Positions 1 through 13,183 are shown, numbered from the stretch's first letter. The stretch: 64,000 bases of DNA from Octopus sinensis (GCF_006345805.1 NC_043000.1:145886001-145950000), one strand, 5' to 3'. The notes: generated from the letters alone by a model not told the origin. Program-made: numbers and translations.

Positions 1-169
1 AAGCAAACAAATACACATAGACACCGCCAATTAAGAATATATATGTGTGTGTGTGTGTACATTTTACGTATGATACATACATACATACATATACATATAC
101 ATAAATATATACACATACATATGTGTGTCAGTGTTTGCGTCTTTGAATCTGTATATCTTTATCTACATA

Positions 170-570
170 GGCGCAGGAGTGGCTGTGTGGTAAGTAGCTT
201 GTTTACCAGCCACATGGTTCCGGGTTCAGTCCCACTGCGTGGCATCTTGGGCAAGTGTCTTGGGCCGACCAAAGCCTTGTGAGTGGATTTGGTAGACGGA
301 AACTGAAAGAAGCCCGTCGTATATATGTATATATGTATATATATGCGCGCGTGTATATGTTTGTGTGTCTGTGTTTTTCCCCCCTAGCATTGCTTGACAA
401 TCGATGCTGGTGTGTTTATGTCCCCGTTACTTAGCGGTTCGGCAAAAGAGACCGATAGAATAAGTACTGGGCTTACAAAAGAATAAGTCCCGGGGTCGAG
501 TTGCTCGATTAAAGGCGGTGCTCCAGCATGGCCGCAGTCAAATGATTGAAACAAGTTAAAAAGAGTAAAA
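170..570 (+). mobile_element. tRNA-derived SINE, family A (bipartite, internal microsatellite)
   Basis: Head GGCGCAGGAGTGGCTGTGTGGTAAG...GGTTCAGTCCC with A/B-box-like motifs; same element recurs at 5950, 13885, 23648, 26045, 47095 and 52819. Confidence 0.85.
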
Positions 571-1124
571 AAAAATATATAGTGTAGCAAATCCAAACTG
601 CCTTATTCGTCGTAAGGCATGTTCTTGGACAACTTGTATAGACATGTATTATTCACATGTATCATTCACCACCACTGCCGCTTGTGGATGCTTTTTCCTC
701 TGATACACATTTCTAGATTTATACGCCTATAATATTGAAGTAATACTGCTTCTCTCGTCAACAGCATATATAATATTCACCCCGCTCTAATTGTCCAACG
801 AAACTAACCATTCTTTTACAATGAAACTTCTTCCCAGCGAAATTACCAGCACAAGAACAATATTTATAATAAGACTTACAATCTTTGCTTCTATTATCAT
901 CACATATGGCAGTGGGAGTCGGCGTGTAGTTAGCTATTTTGTGGTAGCAATGCCGGTGGAAGTATCTGACTGTGTTGAAGCCAGTGACCGTGACGTTAGA
1001 CGTTGTTTGTAGTCGATAACAAAGTTACTGGAAGAGACAATCTTCTGAGTGAAAATATTAATCATAGCTGCCAAGGATCTGATGACGGTGAGCAGATTAT
1101 ATTAGTCATTATCATAACGCCAAA

Positions 1125-1425
1125 CATGCTTGGTATTCCTGCTTGCCTGAGGACATCTTTGTTGGGGATATGATTCTGCCATTATTATATGTTAGCGGTT
1201 GGGAGGCAGTTGCCGGCAACCGTGGAGAATGGCGACGTACCGTAAAAGAGGGAATACAAAGGAGTGACAGAGAGAGAGAGAGGAGAAATGGAAAGAAAGG
1301 AAGAAACGTAAACAAGAGACTATGGCATTACAACCAGCCAGGAACAGTCTTCGCTACATTTGCGGTACCTGCCAGAGAGAGTGTTTGTCCAGGATAGGAC
1401 TACACAGCCACAGCAGGAAATGTAT
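1125..1425 (+). mobile_element. RTE-clade LINE 3' fragment, frameshifted
   Basis: WEAVAGNRGEWRRTVKEG followed by a C-terminal CLSRIGLHSHSR motif, typical of RTE ORF ends. Confidence 0.75.
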
Positions 1426-1838
1426 CAGGACATGAAATATAAAAGTCGGACTAGACTACTTCATGCGCAACTCCATTGTCTCCCGAGACAGAAAGGATGC
1501 CAATACAATACAATACATCATAACGCCAATCAAGTGTTGACTTTCCTGTTCAGTCTGTAGATTATCAAAGGTGGATGGATCTGAGACGGGTGAAGGGATC
1601 TGGTTGCAAAGATGGATTATCAGAGACGGGTGGAGGGACATGGTTGCAGAGTCAACCAGACTACAGGATATGTAATGTGAAAAAAACAATGTTGTCATTT
1701 AAAGCTGCAAATTTCGAAGTTGAATTCTGATTGAACGTTTGGAAAAAATATTTTTACTTTGAATTGTGATCGGAGCTTCTGCTTTAAGAATGTGAAGAAT
1801 GCAATATTAGAGAATTGTGAAGCACTAAATGCCTCCTG

Positions 1839-2138
1839 CGGAGGAACATGGCCTAGTGGTTAGAACAGCGGAGTCGCGGTCGAGAGATCGCGGGTTCGAA
1901 TCTCAGAGTGGGCGGTGTGTGTTTATGAGCGAAACACCTAAGCTCCACGCGGCTCCGGTAGAAGATAATGGCGAACTTCTGCTGACTCTTTCGCCACAAC
2001 TTTCTCTCACTCTTTCCTCCTGCATCTTGCAGTTCACCTGCGACGGACCGGCGTTCCGTCCAGCTGGAGAACTATACGCCAATGAAACCGAGGAACTGGC
2101 CCTTATGAGCCAGGCGTGGCTCGAGAAGGAACAAACAC
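1839..2138 (+). mobile_element. tRNA-derived SINE, family C, with TSD
   Basis: Head TGGCCTAGTGGTTAG...GGGTTCGAATC; flanked by AATGCCTCCTG (1828-1838) and AATGCTTCCTG (2139-2149); second copy at 25167-25438. Confidence 0.85.
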
Positions 2139-2317
2139 AATGCTTCCTGATTATCAAACTAGTGTGTGTGAGTATAAACATCAATTGCAATGTCTTACAA
2201 TACTTGATTTTTAACATTATCACTATAAACATTCATTTCAATTCAAATTATGTTTAACTTTATTTGACGTGGTTTAGTAAAGTATATAAGTTTATCATCA
2301 ATAATTGGGACCTCTAA

Positions 2318-2530
2318 AGCGCTGAGTTGGCAGCATCGTTTGTACGTTGGGCGAAATGCATGCCGACATTTCGTCTGTATTTACGGTCTGAATTCAAATT
2401 CTGCTGCGGTCAACCCTGCCTTTCATCCCTTCTGGGTTGATAAAATAAGTACCAGTTGAGCACTGGGGTCAATGCAATGGACTTACACACTTGTCTCAAA
2501 ACTGCTCACTCTGTGCCAAAATTTGAAACC
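2318..2530 (+). mobile_element. SINE family B, diverged copy
   Basis: GAATTCAAATTC...CCTTTCATCCCTTCTGGGTTGATAAAATAAGTACCAG core shared with copies at 2812, 8625, 45990, 46665 and 54024. Confidence 0.8.
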
Positions 2531-2811
2531 AAAGTTATCGGGCCAGTATATTTGGATATGCTAGCGCCGAAATTTTTACACTATCTTGAAAAATAAATCA
2601 ATATTGCAGGTAAGTTTAACACCATCATAGAGTACTTAGATTTAAGAATTATGTGCCAAGAAAAAGCGTGACTGTCTGTCTTTAATTTTGTAATTGCTGG
2701 AAGTGTATATGGTGCATATTATTACGACCAAATTACGAAACTTTGTATTTCTAGATTAGTAAGGCAATTATTGCAGTTCAGTAAGTCAGTATAAATAAAT
2801 GCATTGAGTAT

Positions 2812-3385
2812 GGCGGCGAGCTGGCAGAATCGTTAGCACGCCGGGCGAAATGCTTAGCGGTATTTAGACGGCGAGCTGGCAGAAACGTTAGCACGCCAGG
2901 CGAAATGCTTAGCGGTATTTAGACGGCGAGCTGGCAGAAACGTTAGCACGCCGGGCGAAATGCTTAGCGGTATTTAGACGGCGAGCTGGCAGAATCGTTA
3001 GCACGCCGGGCGAAATGCGTAGGCGTATTTCGTCTGACGTTACGTTGTGAGTTCAAATTCCGCCGAGGTCGACTTTGCCTTTCATCCTTTCGGGGTCGAT
3101 AAATTAAGTACCAGTTATGCACTGGGGTCGATGTAATCGACTTAATACCTAAGTCTGTCCTTGTTTGTCCCCTCTGTGTTTAGCCCCTTGTGGGTAATAA
3201 AGAAATAGGTATTTCGTCTGCAGCTACAATCTGAGTTCAAATTCCGCCGAGGTCGACTTAGCCTTTCATCCTTTCGGGGTCGATTAAATAAGTACGAGTT
3301 ACTCATTGGGGTCGATGTAATTGACTTAATCCCTGTGTATGTCCTTGTTTGCCTCCTCTATGTTTGTCCCCTTTGTACAATAAAG
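2812..3385 (+). mobile_element. SINE family B with 55-bp head repeated four times and duplicated body
   Basis: GGCGAGCTGGCAGAA... starts at 2815, 2870, 2925 and 2980; core body present twice. Confidence 0.85.
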
Positions 3386-3936
3386 TAATAAATGAATGCA
3401 TTGAGCCGAGCAAGTCATTTTCATACCAAAACAGCTACAAAATTCTGTAGTCGTGAAAGGTTGAGCAAATCAACTTATAGTACAACTATATATTTAATTT
3501 ACTAAGTATTTTCAAATATTGCTTTAAACCAAAACAAATCAAGTTATGAAAATTAATAGTACGGGTCGGTCAAGAAATCTTCGGAGAAAAGAGGTAACAA
3601 CAAGTTTTCTCTAAAGATTTCCTGAAGGTGTACTAACGCTGAAATATTGAAATACCAGATAAAAGTAAAAAACATAAACATACATTAGCAGTTTTTAATA
3701 ATTTGTATTGTTTTGGATTTATAAAAAATAGTTTAAAATACAGGCAAACACTCACACAAATATGTGTGTGTGTGTGCGTGTACGTGTGTGTATGTGTGTG
3801 TGTGTGTGGGGTGGGTGGGTGTGGGTATGTGTGTCAGTCAACGCTTCATGGAAACAATACTTCAGAACTTATATTTACAAGTTGGCCAGACTTGGTCACA
3901 ATATCTGGCTGAAACTGTTAACATAATTAGAGATTT

Positions 3937-4002
<66 letters not shown>

Positions 4003-4994
4003 CATATATATACATATATATATTCTGATTATGCAAAATCAAAATATATGCGTTAATGAATTATAGGGGGGGTTGAAATGTTCGTCTGAACAAACTACGC
4101 AGACGAATTATTTATCTTTTATGAACAATTAAAAAATGAAAAGTAATTAGAAAAATACAAAATTTCTTTAATTCAAGACTTCTGGAATATTTTACAAGGA
4201 AAAACAACGTTATTTTATTCTATGTTGTATTTTCTCATATATTTGAAAAAGCATTTTTCTTTTATTTTTCATCATCCAAAGAATTATATTGGCGCCTCAT
4301 TCTACGTGAGTTGAACATTATAATGGCTTATAATATGTAAATGTCTTCGCTTAAATTGTAGTAAATTTGTTTCAAAATTACATTATACATCTCATAATCC
4401 GAATTTGATTACAGCCGATTTACTTAAGAAAAATATGCGCATCTGTTTCCAACGGATAGTTAACATTTACAGAATGAATAAATGCAAATGACATTAGTTT
4501 TCCATCTAAAGCTAAAATATAAATTAATTATATTGGCATCGGTCAGGTTCCATCCAAATGGGAAGCAAATAACTATATACAGGAAATAGTGGTGAAAATA
4601 AAATCAGCTCAATATTGAAGCGTGTTTTATAATTTCAATCATGTTCAACCTGTTTTAAAGTTATCTTTTTTTTTCTTTTGTTTTTGCTTGTGAGACATTT
4701 TCATACGAAATTTTAAATATGGCAGAGCTATATACAACCTTATCTTATACACTAATATATGTGTTAAGTTTTGATTTATATACCAACATCAAGTACTAAG
4801 CATGACGTTTGACCGGGGAATAAAACTTCAAATACACATTATCAGCAAATAACTTGCTCACATTGTAAATATAAGTACCGCGTCTCTATCTCTCGTCTCT
4901 CACTCTCTCTCTCTCTCTCTTTCTCATTCTCTCTCTCTTTCTCATTCTCTCTCTCTTTCTCTCTTTCTGTCCTTGACGCCGTTATGATGTGGCA

Positions 4995-5045
4995 GCAGCA
5001 GCAGTAGCGGAACTAGCATTCGCAGTAGTAGTGGTAGTGGTAATG

Positions 5046-5101
<56 letters not shown>

Positions 5102-5300
5102 GGTGGTGGTGTTGGTAGTAGCAGTAGTAGTAGTAGTAGTTGTTGTTGGTGGTGGTGTTGGTGGTAGCAGTAGTAGTAGTAGTAGTAATAGTAGTAGTAG
5201 TAGTAGTGGTGGTGATGGTGGTGGCGTTACTAGCAGTAGTAGTAGTAGTAGTAGGTGCTGTTGGTGGTGGTGGTGTTGGCGGTGCACAACTATTGTTGGG
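4995..5300. repeat. (GTA)n/(GTG)n compound microsatellite, with a (CT)n tract at about 4890-4968
   Basis: Direct reading; explains the poly-V, poly-T and poly-S ORFs. Confidence 0.95.
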
Positions 5301-5564
5301 GCAAAGACGAACACGTGTTTGGTGTAAAGCCATCGTTAAGTATATTTGCAAAAAACAATATCAAACACTGAAATAACGACCCAGACTTTGACACGTCGCA
5401 CTGGAACGGCACTACAAGGAAGCATGTAAAAGGTAGATGCATATGCGAGAAAAAGCTGATAGACCTCCTTCAATTCGTATCTTACTAACTTCACAAAGTG
5501 AAGGGCATACGGTTACTTATGCAGAGTTAGGCATTTCTTGAATATATAAGTGAGATACGAGCTT

Positions 5565-5873
5565 ACGAGCTTACGATCGTGAGGTTGTGAGCTCGAATCC
5601 CGGACCGGGCTGCGTGTTGTGTTCTTGAGCAAGGCACTTTATTTCACGTTGCTCCAGTTCACGTAGAAATGAGTTGCGACGTCACTGGTGCCAAGCTGTA
5701 TCGACCTTTGTCTTTCCCTTGGATAACACCGGTGGCGTGGAGAGGGGAAGGCTGGTATGCATGGGCGACTGCTGGTCTTCCATAAACAACCTTGCCCGGA
5801 CTTGTGTCTAGGAGGGTAACTTTCTAGGTGCAATCCCATGGTCATTCATGACCGAAGGGGGTCTTTACCCTTT
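5565..5873 (+). mobile_element. SINE family D
   Basis: GAGCTCGAATCCCGG B-box-like motif, then TGTTCTTGAGCAAGGCACTT; diverged copy at 47375-47660. Confidence 0.75.
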
Positions 5874-5949
5874 AAGTGAGATAAAGGCAAAAAATTGAAG
5901 TATTATTATATATGTTTGAAAAAAGATTGCCTAATTAACAGTAATTATA

Positions 5950-6352
5950 GGCGTAGGAGTCTGTGTGATAAATAAGTTCCTTACGAACCACATGGTTCCG
6001 GATTCAGTGCCACTTGCGCAAGTGTCTTCAGCTATAGCCTCGGGCCGACCAAACGATGTCAGTGGATTTGGTAGATGGAAACTGAAAGAAGCCAGTCGTT
6101 TATATGTATATATATATATGTATGTGTATGTGTGTGTGTGTGTGTGTATGTTTGTGTGTATAGGTATGTGCGTCTCTGTCGCTGCAACATCGCTTGACAA
6201 GCGATGATGGCTTGTTTACGTCCCCATAACTTAGCGGTTCAGCCTATGAGACCGATATAATAAGTACTAGGCTTACAAAGAATAAGACCTGGGGTCGATT
6301 TGCTCGACTAAAGGCGCTGCTGCAGCATGGCCACAGTCAAATGACTGAAACG
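5950..6352 (+). mobile_element. SINE family A
   Basis: Colinear with 170-570. Confidence 0.85.
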
Positions 6353-6387
6353 CATGTATCCATACGTACACACGCATATATACATAC

Positions 6388-6440
<53 letters not shown>

Positions 6441-8624
6441 TCATTACTGAGTGCTTGTGTATCAGTTTATAGTCTCCTAGGAGCTTCGAAAAGGATGTAT
6501 GTGGGGGCGCGTGAGTGTGTACTGGTGTGTGTACTTGTGTGTGGGCTTGCATGCCTGTCTGCGTATATATGTGTGTGTGCATATGTGTGTATTATCCAGA
6601 AGTAGTGTGTTTTTTTAACTATATGTATGAATAACTATTTCCACGTTTTTTCTCATTTTGTCTTTCATTATCATCCTAAAGTACCTAACAAGTAATTTGA
6701 GAGTAGTCTGCCAACTATTTATAACTGATTATACTCGATAGCGAACCAATCGATGACGTATGTAAACGAAATTTTTTCTTTTAAATATTATGAATATATG
6801 TATGTAAGCGTTTCAAATATTATTGCAGTAATATATGGAGGAAAAACTTAACCACGCTATTATTATGCAGGTAATAATAATATAAGTAAAAATTAAAAGC
6901 ATTGCTGACAAATAACAAACATTTACCTTTATTGCAACATGAACATTAGCAAAATATTGTACACGTAACACAGGATTTTAAATAATTCTGTCTATAATGT
7001 AGCTATTATGGATGTGATCATAAATTAATTGATAATTACACGATAATCGTAATATATATGATATCACATCCGAGAACATCCAGAAATAATTCCGAACGAT
7101 TCTTCTAAAAGCTTCTCTAGTTTTAGTATCATATGTAGAAATACTATTGACAAATTATTCTAAGAAAAGATAGACCTTTTTATACAAATACTATCGCATT
7201 CTGTTCACAAGAATTATGCGTACGTTTGTCTTATAAATGAAATAGTAAAAGCACATACAATCAAGAAACGAAATATATTGTCTAAATGTGTTACTTAATT
7301 TTTATCGTCTTAAAAAAACTTTTCAAGGTTTGCTTATTTTTTTTATCAACCTTATTAGCCAATTTTACCGTGAGTTAAAATGTAAAACCAACTCTGTCAC
7401 TAATGCTATGCCGTCGCTTCCTATGAAAGTAAGCTCAGATATTGCAGAAATATCAGAACAAGAAGTTAGTTTGAAATCACACATATCAAAGCAACACTGG
7501 AAGTCACAGGAATTTAGCCTAAATCGATTTAAACACAAACCTGAGACCGTACCATGTGGTGTTCCATCATTCGGAACCGAACACTTTGAAGTCACCAGAA
7601 GAGAAAAAGGAGAAACCAGACAACAGGAGAGAAGGGCTTGACAAAATCAACAATCTTACACCAATATTGCCACACGGTCAATGTCTTCGACTATTCTTTG
7701 CAAGAATTCGTCTACAGTTATCAGTGGCATCACAATAAAGAAAATATTCAGCAAAGAAGAAACGAAAGTGTCCGATACCAGAAAAACCCGAAGAAGACGA
7801 CGACGACCGCAAAAAGAACTTAAAATTATATTTTATAGCTTCAAATCCATTATTCTACGAACTTGTACTCGCTAATAGATTTATGATATAAGAAATGGGC
7901 TAAAAATATTAAATATTCTACCTTAAGATGACGTAACGAAATCTTTTTTTCTTTTCTACATACAACGGTGCCATCTTTCACCTGAAATGTATTTACTGAT
8001 ATTGCTGTTGTGCACAAGAATCATAATTTACTGGAAAAAAAATCTAAGAAACAAATCTCTGCTAATTAAGCAATTATTCACCTTTAAACATCGCCTTTTC
8101 GGACTTATATCCAAAAATATTGTATATGAGGAACTTCATAATCTGGATTGCAATAATTACGTACATTGTTCGTGATTTTCTTACGAAAGGAAACTGCTCG
8201 AACAACGAATATAGTTCTAGTGAAAGATACCTTAAGATTTTTCAACAAGTAGATAACTCAAGCATTTATCGTTAGATTAATCCACTACCAGATAACATCA
8301 GGTGCTGTCTAATCTTTCATATTGGACACATATTCTGGTCTTTTGCTATACAACTTTATACTTGTCGAAGTAATATTCATCACCCCATGTCTTATCGAAA
8401 TTTTCTAACTTTATATTTGTCGTTTTTCAGATATATATATATATAAATATATTCGTACAAGCTATATATTTTTAATTATTGAAAGATCACATTATGCTAT
8501 TTGATTATACTATTTCCAAGAATAACTAATACTTATTATATATACTGAATCTCTGTATCTTAGACGAGGGAAGTCTTTATTTCTTTCAATACTTAGTCAT
8601 TGAATATGAAATGTTATACTTTCA

Positions 8625-9062
8625 TATTTGCTATTTCTTTAGCACCCACAAGGGGCTAAACACAGAGGAGACAAACAAGGACAGACAGACGGATTAAGTC
8701 GTAACTGGTACTTAATTTATCGACCCCGAAAGGATGAAAGGCAAAGTCGACCTCGGCAAAATTTAGACTCAGAGCGTAAGGGCAGATGAAATACCTATTT
8801 CTTTATTACCCACAAGGGGACAAACTATGACAAACTATGACAGACATAGGTATTAAGTCGATTACATCGACTCCAGTGCGTAACTGGTACTTAATTTATC
8901 GACCCCGAAAGGATGAAAGGCAAAGTCGACCTCGGCGGAATTTGAACTCACAACGTAACGACAGACGAAATACGGCTACGCATTTCGCCCGGTGTGCTAA
9001 CGTTTCTGCCAGCTCGCCGCCCTGAAATACCGCTAAGCATTTCGTCCGGTGTGCTAACGATT
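8625..9062 (-). mobile_element. SINE family B composite
   Basis: Reverse complement of the 2812-3385 modules. Confidence 0.85.
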
Positions 9063-10059
9063 TTGTCTCTATAATACCATTCAATGCTATGTGAAGCAGC
9101 GCAAACGGAACTCAGATTGACCCACATACTTCATGTCACCAGGATGTAATAAAGCATTTTATAAGCTACTACAACAAAAAGTTGATGGTTATATCATACT
9201 TTCATACTTGTTTGTAATTTTTCTCTCAGACAGTTCCATTGTATCTGGTGTTGAGGTTCTCAGAAACGTGAATTGTGTAACTTCTAGTTTTCAACAGTTT
9301 TCAATTATGTCGTTTGTTCGCCTTTACTTCTAGTTCAACGAAAAACAGACGCTTACTTCTAACTGAATATGTGCTTGTCCAGATAATTCCATCTTTTAAT
9401 CTTCGATAAAATCAATAACATTTCATCAATAGGTTTTATAGTTACGCTAGCTAGACACATTGCGTAAGACCTACGTATAAGTACAAATATTTAAAATCTG
9501 CAACATATTTCAACTGCAACAAAACGCAGTTAGTACACATATCACTGAAGCACACGTCTCACTTTTCTATCTTCATATCACATAATTCCTGATTAATATC
9601 CATGTAACCTTCGGAATAGTACCCCATGTGATTTATCGGGATGTCTCCCATAGACTTATTTACGTATGTGTGTATAATTTTTCTTTGAATTTAATTTAAG
9701 TTCTTGTGAGTTCGAAGTGTGTGCCTCTCCCCTTTCATTTTTTCTCTCTCTACTTTTCTCTAATTCCTTTTTCTCCCCTTCACCGTTTTACCTCTCTCTC
9801 TCCCTCTTTCTCCTTTACTCTCTTTCGTTGCTCACACGTGACCGTCATCAATCTTTCTTTTCCTCACGTGATCATCTTTCTTTCTTTAAGTCTGTCTTAC
9901 AAACATACGCATTTTTATTTATCACTTCTTCTATCTTTTCTCTTGTCAAAGACAATATTCCTCCAGCGTTCGCTACCTTACCTCGTCTGACCTAACGACC
10001 CTCCATGTTTGTTTTCGTTTGGTTCGTTGTATGTTTCCACTGTCCTGTTTTTGTTACCA

Positions 10060-10250
10060 AATTTAACCCTCCGAAAATTACAAATTCTATTTTGGTTCGT
10101 GTGAGCGAATAAATATATATAGCTTTATTTTATTTAGGGGATGAAATGCTTATATGTGCAAAACATAGTGGTCTAGGGGAGGTAAATGTGGATAGTTAAT
10201 TTATCTTAGGAATTATAGAAAATATATACAAATAAGAATTATTCATGAGA

Positions 10251-10320
<70 letters not shown>

Positions 10321-11135
10321 ATATATATATATAATTGATATAAAAGTTGAAAAATAAATATATATATATTAGTTTAATAAGTAAATAAAATAGATGTGTA
10401 AAAATAGTAATCTAATGAAATATACCGAGGGAGGAAAGAAGATATATATTAATAGCAAATCTAGGGGAGGGAGATAAAGTGTGCAAATTAGTATGAATAA
10501 TATTAATAAATAAGGTGGGAATAAAAATTAGCAATATTAAATGAAATTAATTATCTCTACTATTAGGAAATTAAGTAAACAAATATTGCATTAAAAAACA
10601 ATTGGAAAATATATATAGAAGAGATAAAATGAGAGAGGTAATATTTCAAGTTAGATATAAAAGAGTTTTTTAAAGTAACTTGAAAAAAGGTTTATTTTAG
10701 TATATAAATATGCATAAAAATCTATATTTAAAATATCAGAGTATGGGATTGATAATAGAATACTATATAGGCACTGTTAATAAGTAGATTAATTTACCAA
10801 CAATGTAGTAAATATAAGTGATAGCATAGGTTATGGGTAAATGCGTGCAACCATAGTGGTGAGAGAGGGTAATTAAACTCTTATGATCTATTTATTTATG
10901 TTTGGAAAATACATATTGACCCATATGTAAACAAGATTTATGTGTTTTGTCTCTAAGGTTAAATAGTGGGTATTTAACCGAAGGAATGAAACATTTCTCA
11001 TTTAGACATACAAAGTAATTATATCATTACGTTTATAAGAATGTGATGAAGCTATTATATCACATTTAATATTAAAATTTATATTGTTATCCTTTAGCTC
11101 CCAGATAAATTTGCTTCATCCAGTTGAATTTATTT
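10060..11135 (-). mobile_element. Penelope-like element 3' relic (GIY-YIG C-terminus plus probable 3' UTR)
   Basis: Minus strand 11135-10890 translates, with stops and frameshifts, to NSTG*SKFIWELKDNNINFNIK...KSCLHMGQYVFSKHK*, similar to the 12650-13183 ORF; the 3' UTR extent is inferred. Confidence 0.7.
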
Positions 11136-11543
11136 CTGTGTGTGTGTGTGTGTGGTGTGTGTGTGTGTGTGTGTGTGTTTGTGTGTGTATGTGTGTGTGT
11201 TTATATATTAGTCGAAGAGTAATTTAAAGAATTAAAGTTTTGAAATTATGCCTGAAATGCAGTATCAAATCATTGCTTCCGGGTCAGTCCCAGGCGGTGT
11301 ATCAACGGAGTAACGTCATCCCTTATGGCTCCTAGGTGTCATACTGTGCATTCATAGTTTAATCAGCATCCGGGAATTCCAGGGTGCACTTGGTACATAT
11401 ATTAAAGATTAATAGCGAAGAGGGACAATACCATTTGTTGTGGCAATAAATTGCTTTTTGGTATTCTCCGGCGTCTTTATTAATCTTTAATATATACATA
11501 CATATATATTATATATATATGTATTTGTACCTATATGTGTTTG

Positions 11544-11608
<65 letters not shown>

Positions 11609-11834
11609 TTGTACCTATATGTGTTTGTATATATATATATATATATATACGAGGTCTGATTAATAAGAATCTGGACTGTTGCCATAGTTATTTTATAAAT
11701 TTATTTTTTTTACTTTTCATCTTTGAACATTAGCAACAGTAGTTAACCCCCCACAGAGTCCAGCAACACCAGCTAATCATCTTCAAAGACTAACGACACC
11801 AGCTAATCATCTTCACCGATTAACAACATTGGCT

Positions 11835-11945
11835 TAAAAAGGACGAAACTCATAAATCTTGTTTACATATGTGTCAATAGGTATTTTCCAAATATAAATA
11901 AATAGATAGTAAGAGTTTAATTACCTCTCTTACCACTATGGTTAC
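11835..11945 (+). mobile_element. Inverted copy of the same PLE end
   Basis: TCTTGTTTACATATGTGTCAATAGGTATTTTCC...ACCACTATGGTT matches the reverse complement of about 10850-10950. Confidence 0.7.
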
Positions 11946-11949
11946 ACGC

Positions 11950-12066
11950 AGTAGTAGCCCGCGCTCTTAACCACTATGCTCTATGCACCTTGGCGTATGG
12001 TATAGTGGTTAAGAGCGCAGGCTTCTAACCCCAAGATTCAGAGTTTAATTCCAGAGAGTGACTTGA
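11950..12066. mobile_element. Two inverted tRNA-like heads of SINE family E, followed by (TAA)n/(GAA)n
   Basis: TGGTATAGTGGTTAAGAGCGC...GAGTTTAATTCC preceded by its reverse complement. Confidence 0.65.
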
Positions 12067-12075
12067 ATAATAATA

Positions 12076-12130
<55 letters not shown>

Positions 12131-12141
12131 TAATAATAATA

Positions 12142-12179
<38 letters not shown>

Positions 12180-12245
12180 GAAGAAGAAGAAGAAAGAAGA
12201 AGAAGAAGAAGAAGAAGAAGAAGAAAAATTATAATAATAATAAAA

Positions 12246-12650
12246 ATCCACCCCTTACGGAAGAAGTTGAAAACTTTTGGAAAGGGATCTGGAGTGATGA
12301 GCAAACATACAATAAAAATGCGGACTGGATCAAACGCACACAAGATGCCTAAGGAGGGCACCAACGAAGGCTCATTAGTGCAAATCCCCTGGTATTGACA
12401 GAGTACCAAATTTTCTGGCTCTCATCACCTTGACAACTGCCATAACAAGCGCAGAAATCGCAGTTCTTCATGGATTCATTACAAAAAAGCCTTTGACAGC
12501 ATACCACATTCGTGGATTCTGAAATCGCTGGATATTTTCAAAATTTCTCCTGTGATTTCAGATTTTATAGTATAATATGTCACTATGGAACAAGAAGCAC
12601 CAATTATATCATTCTAATGGAGTATTGCGCTCATACAACATTAGCATAAG
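12246..12650 (+). mobile_element. R4/Dong-like non-LTR reverse transcriptase fragment, internally deleted
   Basis: NPPLTEEVENFWKGIWSDE, KSPGIDRVPNF and YKKAFDSIPHSWILKSLDIFKI blocks. Confidence 0.7.
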
Positions 12651-13183
12651 TTATTAGTTGTATTAACAATAATAATACTAATATTAATAGGAATAGTGTT
12701 GTTAGTAGCGGTAATAATAATAGTAACAATAATAATAGCAATAAAAACTTCGTTTATATCTCTGAGGACAACCCCAACAGAATCAAATTGTTGTCCAATA
12801 ATTCTAAGATTAAGAATTCTATATATCAGTGTAAAATTTCTTCCGGTACCGATGTCTTCTTCTATATAGGTGCGTCAACTTCCCAGTTATCCAAGAGAAT
12901 TTCAAACCATTACTCATCATTTAGGGATAGTGAAAAACGACATAGTACAGGGCTAAGTAAATTAGTTTGGCGTCTTAAAGACAATAATATAGATTTTAAG
13001 TTAGAATGGTTCATACTGTCTGTATCTTTTCCTTTTGATAAGGGCAGGAGATTTTGTAACATTTGCAACTCTGAAATCTTCCATATTCTCTTCTCTAAGA
13101 GAAACACACTTGTAAACACTCTTATAGAGAAATCGTACAGATGTAAACACTGGCAGAAACATATATTTTACTCATATAAATGA
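12650..13183 (+). mobile_element. Penelope-like GIY-YIG endonuclease domain with an open frame and Asn-rich linker
   Basis: SIYQCKI...YIGAS...KRISNHYSSF...STGLSKLVWRLKD...CNICNSE...CKH; stop-free from 12650 to TGA at 13181-13183; no RT domain upstream. Confidence 0.85.

Noticed and set aside
600-1110. Possible exon or cadherin-like hydrophobic segment
   Set aside because: Frames contain several stops or lack recognisable motifs; no convincing splice pair.
4982-5376. Long ORFs of poly-V, T, S and Y, and similar YIYI, CVCV and LSIY ORFs throughout
   Set aside because: Translations of microsatellites; no coding evidence.
7820-7890. NPLFY motif suggesting GPCR TM7
   Set aside because: No upstream TM6 or other GPCR motifs in frame; likely chance.
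11990-12066. tRNA genes at SINE heads
   Set aside because: Heads continue into repeat bodies, are diverged multi-copy and lack a complete acceptor stem, so they are SINEs, not tRNAs.
12246-13183. Chimeric RT plus GIY-YIG single ORF
   Set aside because: The R4-like RT piece and the GIY-YIG ORF are in different frames and clades; best explained as adjacent or nested fragments.
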